Below are positions 18,340-26,611 of a DNA stretch of 64,000 bases, one piece after another. Source of the DNA: an uncultured delta proteobacterium. Lineage in GTDB: Bacteria > Desulfobacterota > Desulfobaccia > Desulfobaccales > 0-14-0-80-60-11. Positions within the stretch are counted from its first letter, which is position 1. Each line of letters begins with the position of its first letter. Under the pieces are notes generated by a model, which saw nothing but the letters and a program-made list of their open reading frames with translations, ran no database searches and was not told where the DNA came from. Both the position numbers and the translations under genes were made by a program. Where the stretch lies: contig CAVYJK010000028.1 of NCBI GenBank assembly GCA_963768765.1, forward strand, positions 48,576 through 112,575. The letters run 5' to 3'.

Positions 18340-19215
18340 TTAGGGCAGCAACCGGTAGATGGCCGTGGCCTCTTTGCGGCCCCGCAACACCACCGCCTTC
18401 TCGGGAACCAGGTTGAACTTCTTGTCCAGTTCCCTATAGGTGGCCTCGCTGATGAGGGTGTCGGCCTCCAGCTCCTTGGCCAGCTCCTGGAGGCGGGCCG
18501 CCACGTTCACCACGTCGCCCACCACGGTGAAGTCCATGCGCCTGTCGGAGCCGATGTTGCCCACGATGGCCTCGCCGGTATTGATGCCGATGCGTGCTCC
18601 CTGGATGGGGGTGCGGCCTTGGGCCTGCATCTGGGCCAGGTGGCGCTGCATGGCCAGGGCGCACTCCACTGCCCGGGTGGCGGCATGGGGCAGGGGCACC
18701 GGCACCCCGAAGACCGCCATCAGGGCGTCGCCCACGAACTTGTCCAGGGTGCCCCGGTAACGGAAGACCAGTTCCACCATCTCGGTGAAGTAGTCGTTCA
18801 GCACTTCCACCACCGCCTCCGGGGCCATGGTCTCGGACATGGCGGTAAAGTTGCGGATGTCGGCGAAGAGCACCGTCACCGGTTGGCGCCGCCCGCCCAG
18901 CTGCAGCAAATCCGGATTTTTCAGGATCTCTTCGGCCACCTCCGGGCTCACGTACCGGGAGACCGTGTCCCGCAGCATGTGCTTTTCCTCATAGAGGCGC
19001 AGGCGGCTCCGCAGGGTGGCTTCGTGGTGGGCCTCCTCCTGGGCGATTTCCTTGAGCAGCCTTTTGAGCTCCAGGTCTTCCGCCTCCTGGGCCAGGGCCA
19101 GGTAACTCCTGCGGGCCTCCAGCTCGTGGGAGATGGCCAGCTCGATGGCCTTGAGGATGCTCAGTTCCGCCTTGACCTCAGGATCGGCTTGCGGTCCTGG
19201 TTTTTTCTTTTTCAT
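18340..19215 (-). CDS. Class III adenylate/guanylate cyclase with N-terminal ferritin/rubrerythrin-like helical domain
   Basis: The C-terminal half has VTVLFADIRNFTAMSE, GDALMAVFG, RIGINTGEAIVGNIGS and FTVVGDVVNVAARLQ, marking a CYCc catalytic domain. The N-terminal ~100 aa form two long helices with acidic/His motifs (AISHELEAR and IAQEEAHHEATL). Confidence 0.8.
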   Translation of the reverse strand: MKKKKPGPQADPEVKAELSILKAIELAISHELEARRSYLALAQEAEDLELKRLLKEIAQEEAHHEATLRSRLRLYEEKHMLRDTVSRYVSPEVAEEILKNPDLLQLGGRRQPVTVLFADIRNFTAMSETMAPEAVVEVLNDYFTEMVELVFRYRGTLDKFVGDALMAVFGVPVPLPHAATRAVECALAMQRHLAQMQAQGRTPIQGARIGINTGEAIVGNIGSDRRMDFTVVGDVVNVAARLQELAKELEADTLISEATYRELDKKFNLVPEKAVVLRGRKEATAIYRLLP

Positions 19216-19276
19216 AAGAAACCTCGATCAGGCTCAGAGTCTTGGTTTAACCAACCTCCCAAGCTCCGGCGGCCGG

Positions 19277-20347
19277 TTACTCAGGTAATTCGGCCACTCC
19301 CCGTGGTCGGAGCAGGCCGCGCTTCTCCAGGATTTTGGTAAAGTCAGCCGATAACAGGGTCTCCAGCAGCCCCTCCCGGGCCTCAATTTGCCGGGGGGTC
19401 CAATTCCCTTTAATGCGAACCACGTAACGGACCTGCACCCCGGTGCCCTTCAGGGGTTGGGGATCGGCCACGGTGCCGCCCAGCGGCACGAGGTCGAACC
19501 GGTCGGGAAAAGTCTGCTGTGTAAAGAGCCCCAGGTGGTAAAAAATCACCGCCGCGTCCGCCTTGCCGAAGGCGACGGACCAGGGCAAATCGCGATGATG
19601 AATGCGAGGGCCGGCCAGCCACTTATAAGGGTCCCGGCTGCCGCCGTTGAAGATCAGGGTCACCAACCGCGCCGCGCTCATCCCTTTGGGCGGCTGGGGA
19701 TCGCTGGCCGCAATATTAGCAATGGTGGCGGCATAGTTTTCAAAAGCGCCCGGCTCCAACACCGGGTTCGGCGTCACCAACCGCACCCCTGACCGTCCCA
19801 GGTCCCAAACGGAATGGATACCCTTGGGGTTGCCTTTCTTTACCAGGATCACTTCCCCCCGGTCCTGGAGAAGGGGATGGGCCGGACCTTCCGTATAGCC
19901 CGCTTTCATCAGCTTCTCGATGACTTTCCGGGAGGCAATGACCACCGATGGCCGGCAGGTGACGTAGAGATTGCCCACCTGCACCACTCCCTGGTGCAAC
20001 TGTTCATAAGAGATAGGGGGGCTGGTGGTATAAAGCCAGTTCCTTAGAGGTTGGTCTTTAAATCTTGCCAGGAACCGGGGCCAAATATCATGAAGCGCCG
20101 GATGAAAGTTGCCCTCGGTGGAAAGGGTCAGATCGCAGGAGGAGAGCTCAGCGTGGACATCGTTGAGGATGTTGGCCGTGGGATCATTCAGATTGGGAAG
20201 CCAGCGTGCCTTGATCCGCAGGCCAATCCAGCAGCGGGGGGGCGTCAATTACCGGTTTCCCCGTGATCTTTGGCACCTCCGCCCCGGCGGGCAGGTGCAC
20301 GATTCCGAGGATCGCGGCAACGAGGCTCATAAAGTAGAGAATTCTCA
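19277..20347 (-). CDS. Periplasmic ModA-like (molybdate/tungstate/sulfate-type) substrate-binding protein, orphan; frame disruption at a C/G homopolymer near 20240
   Basis: The body shows LVKKGNPKGIHSVWDLGRSGVRLVTPNP, a ModA-like fold pattern. The signal peptide MRILYFMSLVAAILGIVHLPAGAEVPKITGKPVID is encoded from ATG 20347 in another frame and joins the main ORF at the run gccccccc. Confidence 0.65.
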
Positions 20348-20415
20348 TGCGCGCCAGCCTTTCCCGGGGGCCAGGAGAGAAGTCGTTTCCAGCGAAACCC
20401 GAAAATTATAAGCCA

Positions 20416-21162
20416 TCAGTAAAGCACTTCCACCAGATAAAGTCCCTGGGGCGGGGCCGTGGGTCCCGCCAGGCGGCGCTCACCGCTCAGGAGCAGCTCT
20501 GTCAGCTTTTCCGGCGAATCCTTGCCCCTGCCGATCTCCACCATGGTGCCCACCAGGGACCGCACCATGCCCCGGAGAAACCCGGTGGCGGTGACGGTGA
20601 AGCGCAGCCAGCCTCCGGGGTGGGTTTGCCAGCGGGCCGCCAAAACCTGCCGCACCGGGTTCAGGTTGCCGCTGCCTGAGGCCCTAAAGGCGGAAAAATC
20701 GTGCTTGCCCGGCAGGGCCGCGGCCGCCCCGGCCATGGCCTTCAGGTCTAAGGGCGCCGCCAGCCACCAGCCGTAATGATGGTGCAGGGGCGAGCGCATG
20801 GGGCGGTTGAGGATGCGATATTCGTAGGTCTTGGCCCGGGCCGATTTCTGGGCGTGGAACTCCGGCGGCGCCGCTTCCGCCTCCAAGACCGCGATGTCCC
20901 AGGGGAGCAGGGAGTTCAAGCCTTCCCGGAAGGCCTTCAGGGGGAGGCGGCCGGCGGTGTGGAAGTTGGCCACCTGCCCCAGGGCGTGAACCCCGGCGTC
21001 GGTGCGGCCGGAGCCCGTGAGCCTGACCGCCTCGCCGGTGAGCCGCTTAAGGGACTCCTCCAGGACCTCCTGAACGGAGAGCTGGCCCCGCTGGCGCTGC
21101 CAGCCGTGGTAGCGGCTGCCGTCGTACTCCAGGAGCAGGCGGATGTTGCGGCCAGCGGGCAT
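20416..21162 (-). CDS. truA: tRNA pseudouridine(38-40) synthase
   Basis: It has IRLLLEYDGSRYHGWQRQ and GSGRTDAGVHALGQV. The likely start is ATG 21162; the track ORF extends to 21216 through repeat sequence. Confidence 0.9.
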   Translation of the reverse strand: MPAGRNIRLLLEYDGSRYHGWQRQRGQLSVQEVLEESLKRLTGEAVRLTGSGRTDAGVHALGQVANFHTAGRLPLKAFREGLNSLLPWDIAVLEAEAAPPEFHAQKSARAKTYEYRILNRPMRSPLHHHYGWWLAAPLDLKAMAGAAAALPGKHDFSAFRASGSGNLNPVRQVLAARWQTHPGGWLRFTVTATGFLRGMVRSLVGTMVEIGRGKDSPEKLTELLLSGERRLAGPTAPPQGLYLVEVLY

Positions 21163-21188
21163 ATGGAGGGCTTCTGACAAAAGATTAA

Positions 21189-21251
21189 CCACAGAGACAC
21201 AGAGGACACAGAGCAAAGACCCTCGTTCCCAGGCTGAGCCTGAGAACGAGG
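21189..21251. repeat. CACAGAG-type short tandem repeat plus family E hairpin (CCTCGTTCCCAGG...GAACGAGG)
   Basis: The sequence ccacagagacacagaggacacagagca is followed by cctcgttcccaggctgagcctgagaacgagg. Related TTCCCAGG/CCTGGGGAA hairpins occur at 42648-42676 and 42765-42796. Confidence 0.65.
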
Positions 21252-21356
21252 AAAGGATGCCGGGTGGGCACGGCCCACCATTTGTATACCTTTGAGTTTA
21301 TACCCCTATAAAGATAACGCTCCATTTCGAGCCCACCAGCCTTTGACCAGGGACAT

Positions 21357-22400
21357 TCAGGGAATCAGCGGCACCAGGTCCAGCCCCATGGTCTCGGGCA
21401 AGCCGGACATCAGGTTGAAGTTGTGCACCGCCTGGGAGGCCGCGCCCCGGGCCAGGTTGTCGATGGCGGAGACCACGATGACCCGGCCCCGGTCCGGGTC
21501 GACCCGGACCCCCAGGTCGCAGTAGTTGGAGCCCCGGACGTAAATGGTGTTGGGCAGCGAGCCCACCGGGTGCAGCCGGATAAAGGGCTGGTCCTCGTAA
21601 AAACTCTGGAAGAAGTTAAGCAATTCCACTTCGGTGTACGGCCGGACCAAGCGGGCGTACAGGGTGCCCAGAATTCCCCGGCTCATGGGCACCAGGTGGG
21701 GGGAAAAAGTCACCGACACCGGCTCTCCCGCCAACCGGGTAAGCTCCTGCTCCATCTCCGGGTTGTGGCGGTGCTCCGCCACCTTGTAGGCCCGGAAGCC
21801 TTCGTTAACCTCGCAGTACTGGGTAGTAAGCGACGTCTGGCGCCCGGCCCCGCTCACCCCGGACTTGCAGTCGGCAATAATTGAATCCGGATGAATCAGT
21901 TTATTATGGACCAGGGGGGCCAGCCCCAGAATGACGCAGGTGGGGTAGCAGCCGGGGTTGCCCACCAGCCGGGCCTGGCCGACGGCGTACCCGTGGAGCT
22001 CGGGAAGCCCGTAGACCGCCTCCTTAAGCAGCTCCGGGGCCGTGTGGGGCTGATACCACTTTTCATACAGCGCCGCGTCCCGGAAGCGGAAGTCGGCGCT
22101 CAGGTCCACCACCTTGGCGCCCCCGGCCAGCAGGTGGGGGACCATCTCCATGGCGGTCTTATGCGGCACGCTGGTGAAAACCACTTCGGCCGCCTCGGCG
22201 ATGGCCGCGGGATCAGGGGCAATGAAAGCCAGGTCGCAGATGCCGGCCAGGGCCGGGAACACCTGGCCGAAGGAACGTCCCTGCCACTCCCGGGAGGTGA
22301 CCGCCACCAGCTCGGCCCCGGGATGGCGCACCAGGAGCCGCACCAGCTCCAGGCCGGTATAGCCCGAAGCGCCGATGACCGCTACTTTGATCTTATTCAC
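21357..22400 (-). CDS. argC: N-acetyl-gamma-glutamyl-phosphate reductase
   Basis: 347 aa with VAVIGASGYTGLEL and the active-site region GNPGCYPT. Confidence 0.95.
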   Translation of the reverse strand: MNKIKVAVIGASGYTGLELVRLLVRHPGAELVAVTSREWQGRSFGQVFPALAGICDLAFIAPDPAAIAEAAEVVFTSVPHKTAMEMVPHLLAGGAKVVDLSADFRFRDAALYEKWYQPHTAPELLKEAVYGLPELHGYAVGQARLVGNPGCYPTCVILGLAPLVHNKLIHPDSIIADCKSGVSGAGRQTSLTTQYCEVNEGFRAYKVAEHRHNPEMEQELTRLAGEPVSVTFSPHLVPMSRGILGTLYARLVRPYTEVELLNFFQSFYEDQPFIRLHPVGSLPNTIYVRGSNYCDLGVRVDPDRGRVIVVSAIDNLARGAASQAVHNFNLMSGLPETMGLDLVPLIP

Positions 22401-22446
22401 AGCCCTGGAACTCCTCAGCCGATATGAACCGATATGGAAGGATTAA

Positions 22447-22469
22447 GGGGCGGTTCGCGGACCGCCCCC
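22447..22469. repeat. REP-type hairpin (GGGGCGG-ttcgcgg-ACCGCCCC) downstream of rpsI
   Basis: The sequence ggggcggttcgcggaccgccccc has the same GGGGCG/CGCCCC outer stem as the REP family listed in the findings. Confidence 0.7.
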
Positions 22470-22502
22470 GCAGGATAGGCAGTATTATGCGTAGGGAATG
22501 GA

Positions 22503-22901
22503 TTAGCGCTTGGAATACTGGCAGCCGCGGCGGGCGCCCCGGAGACCGTATTTCTTCCGCTCTTTGATGCGGGCGTCCCGGGTCAGGAACCCGGCCTTCT
22601 TCAAGATGGGACGCAACTCCGGGTTCATTTCCACCAGGGCCCGGCTCAGGGCGTGCTTGACGGCTCCCGCCTGACCTTCCGGGCCGCCGCCCCGAACATT
22701 CACCAGGATATCCATCTCAGGACCCACGTTCACCAACTGCAAGGGCTTGCGCACCAGGTTGCGGGTGGTCTCCATGGGAAAGTATTCTTCGAAGTTCCGC
22801 TGGTTCACCATAATCCGGCCGTTGCCGGGCTTGAGGTAGACCCGGGCGATTGCGGACTTGCGTTTACCGGTGGCGTGGATGGTTCCTTGCTCCGCCATCA
22901 A
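22503..22901 (-). CDS. rpsI: 30S ribosomal protein S9
   Basis: 132 aa with [10 protein letters not shown] and a C-terminal [14 protein letters not shown]. Confidence 0.95.
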   Translation of the reverse strand: MMAEQGTIHATGKRKSAIARVYLKPGNGRIMVNQRNFEEYFPMETTRNLVRKPLQLVNVGPEMDILVNVRGGGPEGQAGAVKHALSRALVEMNPELRPILKKAGFLTRDARIKERKKYGLRGARRGCQYSKR

Positions 22902-23332
22902 TCCTCCCAGGGAAGGGGCACCGGTTGCTGGGCCTGGTGGGGGTGTTCCCCGCCGGCGTAGACCTTCAGCTTTTTCAGCAGGTGCCTTCCCAAACTATTT
23001 TTCGGCAGCATGCCCCGCACCGCATGGCGCAGCACCTCTTCCGGTTTCTTGGCCAGGAGATGCCGGGCCGAGATTTCCTTCAGCCCGCCGGGGTAACCGG
23101 AATGCCGGTAATAGAATTTGTGGTCCAACTTCCGGCCGGTGAGTTGGACCTGGCCGGCGTTGACCACTACCACGAAATCCCCGGTGTCCATATGGGGCGT
23201 GAAGGCCGCCTTGGTCTTGCCGCGCAATACCATGGCGATGCGGCTGGCCAGGCGGCCCAGGACCTTGCCTTGGGCGTCCACCACGTACCACAGGCGGGGC
23301 ACTTCCCCTTTCCGGGCGGTATAAGTTTTCAT
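22898..23332 (-). CDS. rplM: 50S ribosomal protein L13
   Basis: 144 aa with [16 protein letters not shown] and [10 protein letters not shown]. Its stop overlaps the rpsI start by 4 nt. Confidence 0.95.
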   Translation of the reverse strand: MKTYTARKGEVPRLWYVVDAQGKVLGRLASRIAMVLRGKTKAAFTPHMDTGDFVVVVNAGQVQLTGRKLDHKFYYRHSGYPGGLKEISARHLLAKKPEEVLRHAVRGMLPKNSLGRHLLKKLKVYAGGEHPHQAQQPVPLPWED

Positions 23333-23362
23333 AACGGGCGCTCCTGAATCATAACCAGGTAT

Positions 23363-23391
23363 TTATAACCGCCGCATCGGGGAGTTGTCAA
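23363..23391 (-). promoter_or_regulatory. Sigma-70-type promoter candidate for rplM-rpsI (TTGACA-N17-TTATAA)
   Basis: On the minus strand the -35 TTGACA is the complement of 23386-23391 and the -10 TTATAA is the complement of 23363-23368, with a 17-nt spacer. It lies about 30 nt upstream of the rplM ATG. Confidence 0.55.
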
Positions 23392-23589
23392 GAGGCTAAG
23401 CCGCTTTTAAAATAATTCTCCGAGCGGTGCCGTCACCCCCGGTTGGTACCGCGCCAGGCCGGGGCCAGGGACCGGGAGGAAAAAATTTTCCCCCGCGGTG
23501 GCTTCCGGCCAAGGCACCAAAATTCTAAATTACTTTTCTTTGGGTGGAGAATGTGGTAGACAATTCTAGGAAATTGCCGGTGGGAAACT

Positions 23590-24342
23590 ATGCCATATTG
23601 CAGTCAATGCCAACTAATCCACGGAGAAGAGCATCGGTTCTGTCAACGCTGCGGCCAGTTGCTGAAAGGCTACCAGAACGCGGCGGCCCGCCCCTGTGCC
23701 CGCTGCGGCACCCTGACCTTTCCGGGACAGAAATTTTGCACGGAGTGCGGCCTGCCTCTCAGGACGGCCCGCATCAGCCAGGAAGAAGAACCGGTGCCGG
23801 ATCGAACCCCGCTTTTTTATCCCCGGCGGCCTGAAGCCAAGCTGCGCCGCGGCTCCCGGCGCCCCCGCCGCATCCTTTCTTTCATCGGGGTAATCATCAT
23901 CGCCCTGGGGGCCTTCTACGTCTGGCGCCACCTGCCGGTGCGCGGGCCGGGCCAAGACCGGGTTGCTCCCATCTCCTCGCCCCAGGACGATCTGCGCCGG
24001 GAAGTGGAGAAGATCTCCGAAAAGATCCGGTCCGCCCATCTGAACAAAGACATCAACAAGTGGCTCAGCTGTTATAATTCCTCTTACCCCAACCTGGGGC
24101 GCCGGGAAAATCAGATGTTGGAGCTGTGGAAGAATTACGACATCAAGGAAGTCTCTTACCGCATCTCCAACGTTCAGAGCCAGGGCGACAACCAGGTCTC
24201 CGCGGACATTGTTTGGAACATCCAGGTTTATGATCATCGCACCCACGATTACACCCTGGTGAGGCAGAATTACAAAATCATCCTGGAGAGAGGCCCGGGC
24301 GGCTGGAAGATTCGGGACAGCAAGGAAGAGGGGACCTCGTAA
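23590..24342 (+). CDS. Double zinc-ribbon membrane protein with C-terminal NTF2/SnoaL-like domain
   Basis: CSQC..17..CQRC and CARC..13..CTEC zinc ribbons are followed by one TM helix (ILSFIGVIIIALGAFYVW) and a ~120 aa globular domain. An ATG start and an AT-rich promoter region lie upstream. Confidence 0.65.
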   Translation: MPYCSQCQLIHGEEHRFCQRCGQLLKGYQNAAARPCARCGTLTFPGQKFCTECGLPLRTARISQEEEPVPDRTPLFYPRRPEAKLRRGSRRPRRILSFIGVIIIALGAFYVWRHLPVRGPGQDRVAPISSPQDDLRREVEKISEKIRSAHLNKDINKWLSCYNSSYPNLGRRENQMLELWKNYDIKEVSYRISNVQSQGDNQVSADIVWNIQVYDHRTHDYTLVRQNYKIILERGPGGWKIRDSKEEGTS

Positions 24343-24343
24343 G

Positions 24344-25021
24344 GTGAAGTCGGCACTTACCGGAGGACGGTTTTGGCTTTGGCTCTGCAGCCTGGGTCTG
24401 GTTTTGTGCCTGGCGGGCTGCATGCCTTCCATGTACCCTCCTACCCCGCCGGCGCCGCCACCCCCGCCGCCGCCGGCGCCGCCGCCCCAGGTGAGCCGGC
24501 CCATTCTTTATGTGGCGGTGAACCACCTCAACCTGCGGGCCTGCCCCGGCATGGATTGCCCCAAGATCTCCCTCCTGGAAAAGAACGAGGAAGTGGAAAA
24601 AGTGGGGGAGGCGGAGGACTGGTCCCAGGTCCGGGTGAAACGGGACGGGCGCCTGGGCTGGGTGAACTCCCGTTATCTCTCCAAGGAACCGGCGCCCGCG
24701 GCTCCGGAGGTGGCGCCGGCCCCGGTGCCCACGCCCCCGGCCGTGGTGACGCCGCCGCCGCCGCTGCCCGAGAGACCGCCGGCGGTGGAAAAGCCCCAAC
24801 CCCCGGAGGCCCCGGCTGCCATCAAGAAGAAGCCGGAGGAGGCCAAGCCGGCCAAACCCGCCAAGCCCACCAAGCCGGGTGAAGCCGCCGAGCAGCCGCC
24901 ACGCCGCAAACCCGCGGAAGAGAAGCCGGCGCCACCTGCCGCCAAGCCCGTGCCGCCGGCTGAGAAGCCGGCGCCGCCGCCGGAGCCCGCGGAGCCCTCC
25001 GGGCGCATCCGGATTATGTAG
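24344..25021 (+). CDS. Lipoprotein with bacterial SH3 domain and long Pro/Ala/Lys-rich tail
   Basis: It has the lipobox LVLCLAGC and an SH3b-like core LNLRACPGMDCPKISLLEKNEEVEKVGEAEDWSQVRVKRDGRLGWVNSRYL, followed by PAPxx repeats. The GVG start lies 1 nt after the upstream stop, indicating translational coupling. Confidence 0.65.
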   Translation: MKSALTGGRFWLWLCSLGLVLCLAGCMPSMYPPTPPAPPPPPPPAPPPQVSRPILYVAVNHLNLRACPGMDCPKISLLEKNEEVEKVGEAEDWSQVRVKRDGRLGWVNSRYLSKEPAPAAPEVAPAPVPTPPAVVTPPPPLPERPPAVEKPQPPEAPAAIKKKPEEAKPAKPAKPTKPGEAAEQPPRRKPAEEKPAPPAAKPVPPAEKPAPPPEPAEPSGRIRIM

Positions 25022-25252
25022 CTGTCAGCTGTCAGCGGTCAGCTTAAAGCACGTAGGGGCGGTTCGTGAACCGCCCCTCATAGTTTTAAGGATTCATGGC
25101 GCCCCGAACCCCGCCAAAAAATAGGGGCGTGATAAATCACGCCCCTACATTTTATTGCTACTCTCGCTTCTCTTCCTTCAAGAAGCCGAAAATCCAAATT
25201 TCCGAGACTAACCGATTAATAACCTTAAACTGCTCACTGCTCACTGCTCACT
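25021..25252. repeat. Repeat cluster: heptamer tandems plus two REP hairpins
   Basis: Heptamer tandems are (CTGTCAG)x3-like at 25021-25043 and (CTGCTCA)x3 at 25230-25252. REP hairpins are TAGGGGCGGTTCGTGAACCGCCCCT at 25054-25079 and TAGGGGCGTGATAAATCACGCCCCTAC at 25121-25150. Confidence 0.8.
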
Positions 25253-25257
25253 AATTT

Positions 25258-26241
25258 TTACCACTCCAGGAGGGCCCCGCCCCAGGTGGCCCCGGCGCCG
25301 AAGCTCACCAGCAGCACCTTGTCCCCTTCCTTGATCTTGCCTTCCACAAGGGCTTCGTGCAGGGCGATGGGCACCGAGGCGGCGGAAGTGTTGCCGTACT
25401 TGTGGATGTTGACGAAGACCTTGTCCATGGGGACCCGGGCGAACCTGGCCCCGGCCTCCAGAATGCGGTAGTTGCCCTGGTGGATGATGAGGTAGTCGAT
25501 CTCCTCCTGCTCCATGCCGGCCATTTCCAGGATGCGGGGGATGGAGGTCTTCACCGCGTTGACCGCGAACTTGAAGATATCAGGCCCGTCCATCTGCAGG
25601 AAATGCCGCCGGGTGTGCGTCTGGGGCGGCCGGAAGGGGCTGACGTGCTCGTCGAACTCGGTTTCGCAGGAGAGCTTCATGTTGAGGTTGGAGGCGATGA
25701 ACGAGGCGACGATGCGGCCCCGGGAACTGGGCCCCGCCACCACGGCCCCGGCCCCGTCGCCGAACAGCAAACAGGTGGCCCGGTTGGTCCAGTCCGTGAA
25801 GCGGGAGTTGGTGTCAGAGCCGATGACCAGGGCGTACTTGCCTTCGGGGGCCACCAGGCGCTCCGCCACGTACAGGGCATAGTTGAAGCCGCAGCACCCG
25901 GCCTGGAGGTCAAAGGCCGCGGCCTTACCCCCCAGCCCCAGCTCTTCCTGGACCCGGATGGCCCCAGCCGGGAAAAAATAGGCGGGAGTGTTGGTCGCTA
26001 AAATGATATAACTTATTTGCTCGGGTGCGATTCCGGCGGCCTCCAGGGCCCGGCGGCCGGCGATGACGGCCATGGAGACGCTATCCTCCTCCGGGGCGGC
26101 GATCCTACGCTCCCGGATGCCGCTGCGCTCCACAATCCAGGCATCCGTGGTGTCCACTATCTTCTCCAGGTCCTGGTTGGTCAAGACCGCCTCCGGCAGG
26201 TAAACGCCGGTTCCCAGGATGCCGATCTGCTTCTTGGTCAA
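25258..26241 (-). CDS. fabH: 3-oxoacyl-ACP synthase III
   Basis: 327 aa with the active-site context AAFDLQAGCCGFNYAL, plus HQGNYRI and SFGAGATWG. Confidence 0.9.
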   Translation of the reverse strand: MTKKQIGILGTGVYLPEAVLTNQDLEKIVDTTDAWIVERSGIRERRIAAPEEDSVSMAVIAGRRALEAAGIAPEQISYIILATNTPAYFFPAGAIRVQEELGLGGKAAAFDLQAGCCGFNYALYVAERLVAPEGKYALVIGSDTNSRFTDWTNRATCLLFGDGAGAVVAGPSSRGRIVASFIASNLNMKLSCETEFDEHVSPFRPPQTHTRRHFLQMDGPDIFKFAVNAVKTSIPRILEMAGMEQEEIDYLIIHQGNYRILEAGARFARVPMDKVFVNIHKYGNTSAASVPIALHEALVEGKIKEGDKVLLVSFGAGATWGGALLEW

Positions 26242-26519
26242 TGCTGCCCCCTAGCCTCAAAGGTTATGCACGAAATTTATACCGCAGGAGGGGTAAAAAG
26301 GCAAATTAAATGGCCCCATGGGATCTCGGGGCCGGCGGTGATTGATGATTCATCCGGGAACCCGGTCAGAATTATGATAAAATTGAAATATGGTAAAAAT
26401 CTGCGAAAAAGCGAGATTCTATTAGGTTAGATATGGCTTAAGGTTCGAAAGGGTAGTCCTGAGGCAAGGATAAAGGCTGCCGGCCTTTGGGGAATTTCTC
26501 AAAACTTTCCTATCTAGGC

Positions 26520-26571
26520 TTGACTTCAATATATGGTATAGTAGTATACGAAAAACTACAATATCTTGCAA
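26520..26571 (+). promoter_or_regulatory. nrdJ promoter (TTGACT-N16-TAGTAT) overlapped by two NrdR-box-like sites
   Basis: Box 1 is cttCAATATATGGtat (26524-26539) and box 2 is ctaCAATATCTTGcaa (26556-26571). Both resemble the NrdR consensus acaCwAtATaTwGtgt. Their 32-bp start-to-start spacing equals three helical turns, as is typical of tandem NrdR boxes. Confidence 0.5.
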
Positions 26572-26611
26572 TAAGGCCTAATCCATAAGTCGTTTAAATT
26601 TGGAGGGAATA

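Noticed and set aside
17878-19215. A direct functional link between the cyclase (cAMP) and the TGTGA-N6-TCACA palindrome acting as a CRP site
   Set aside because: The palindrome matches the more specific Rex consensus (TGTGAA-N4-TTCACA). Its position downstream of the -10 element suits a repressor. A cAMP-CRP link is possible but unsupported, so it is kept only as an alternative under the Rex finding.
23614-24799. Minus-strand ORFs 23614..24504 (296 aa) and 24278..24799 (173 aa)
   Set aside because: They are antisense to the zinc-ribbon and SH3/Pro-rich genes. Their Gly/Arg-rich low-complexity translation is the mirror image of the PAPP repeats.
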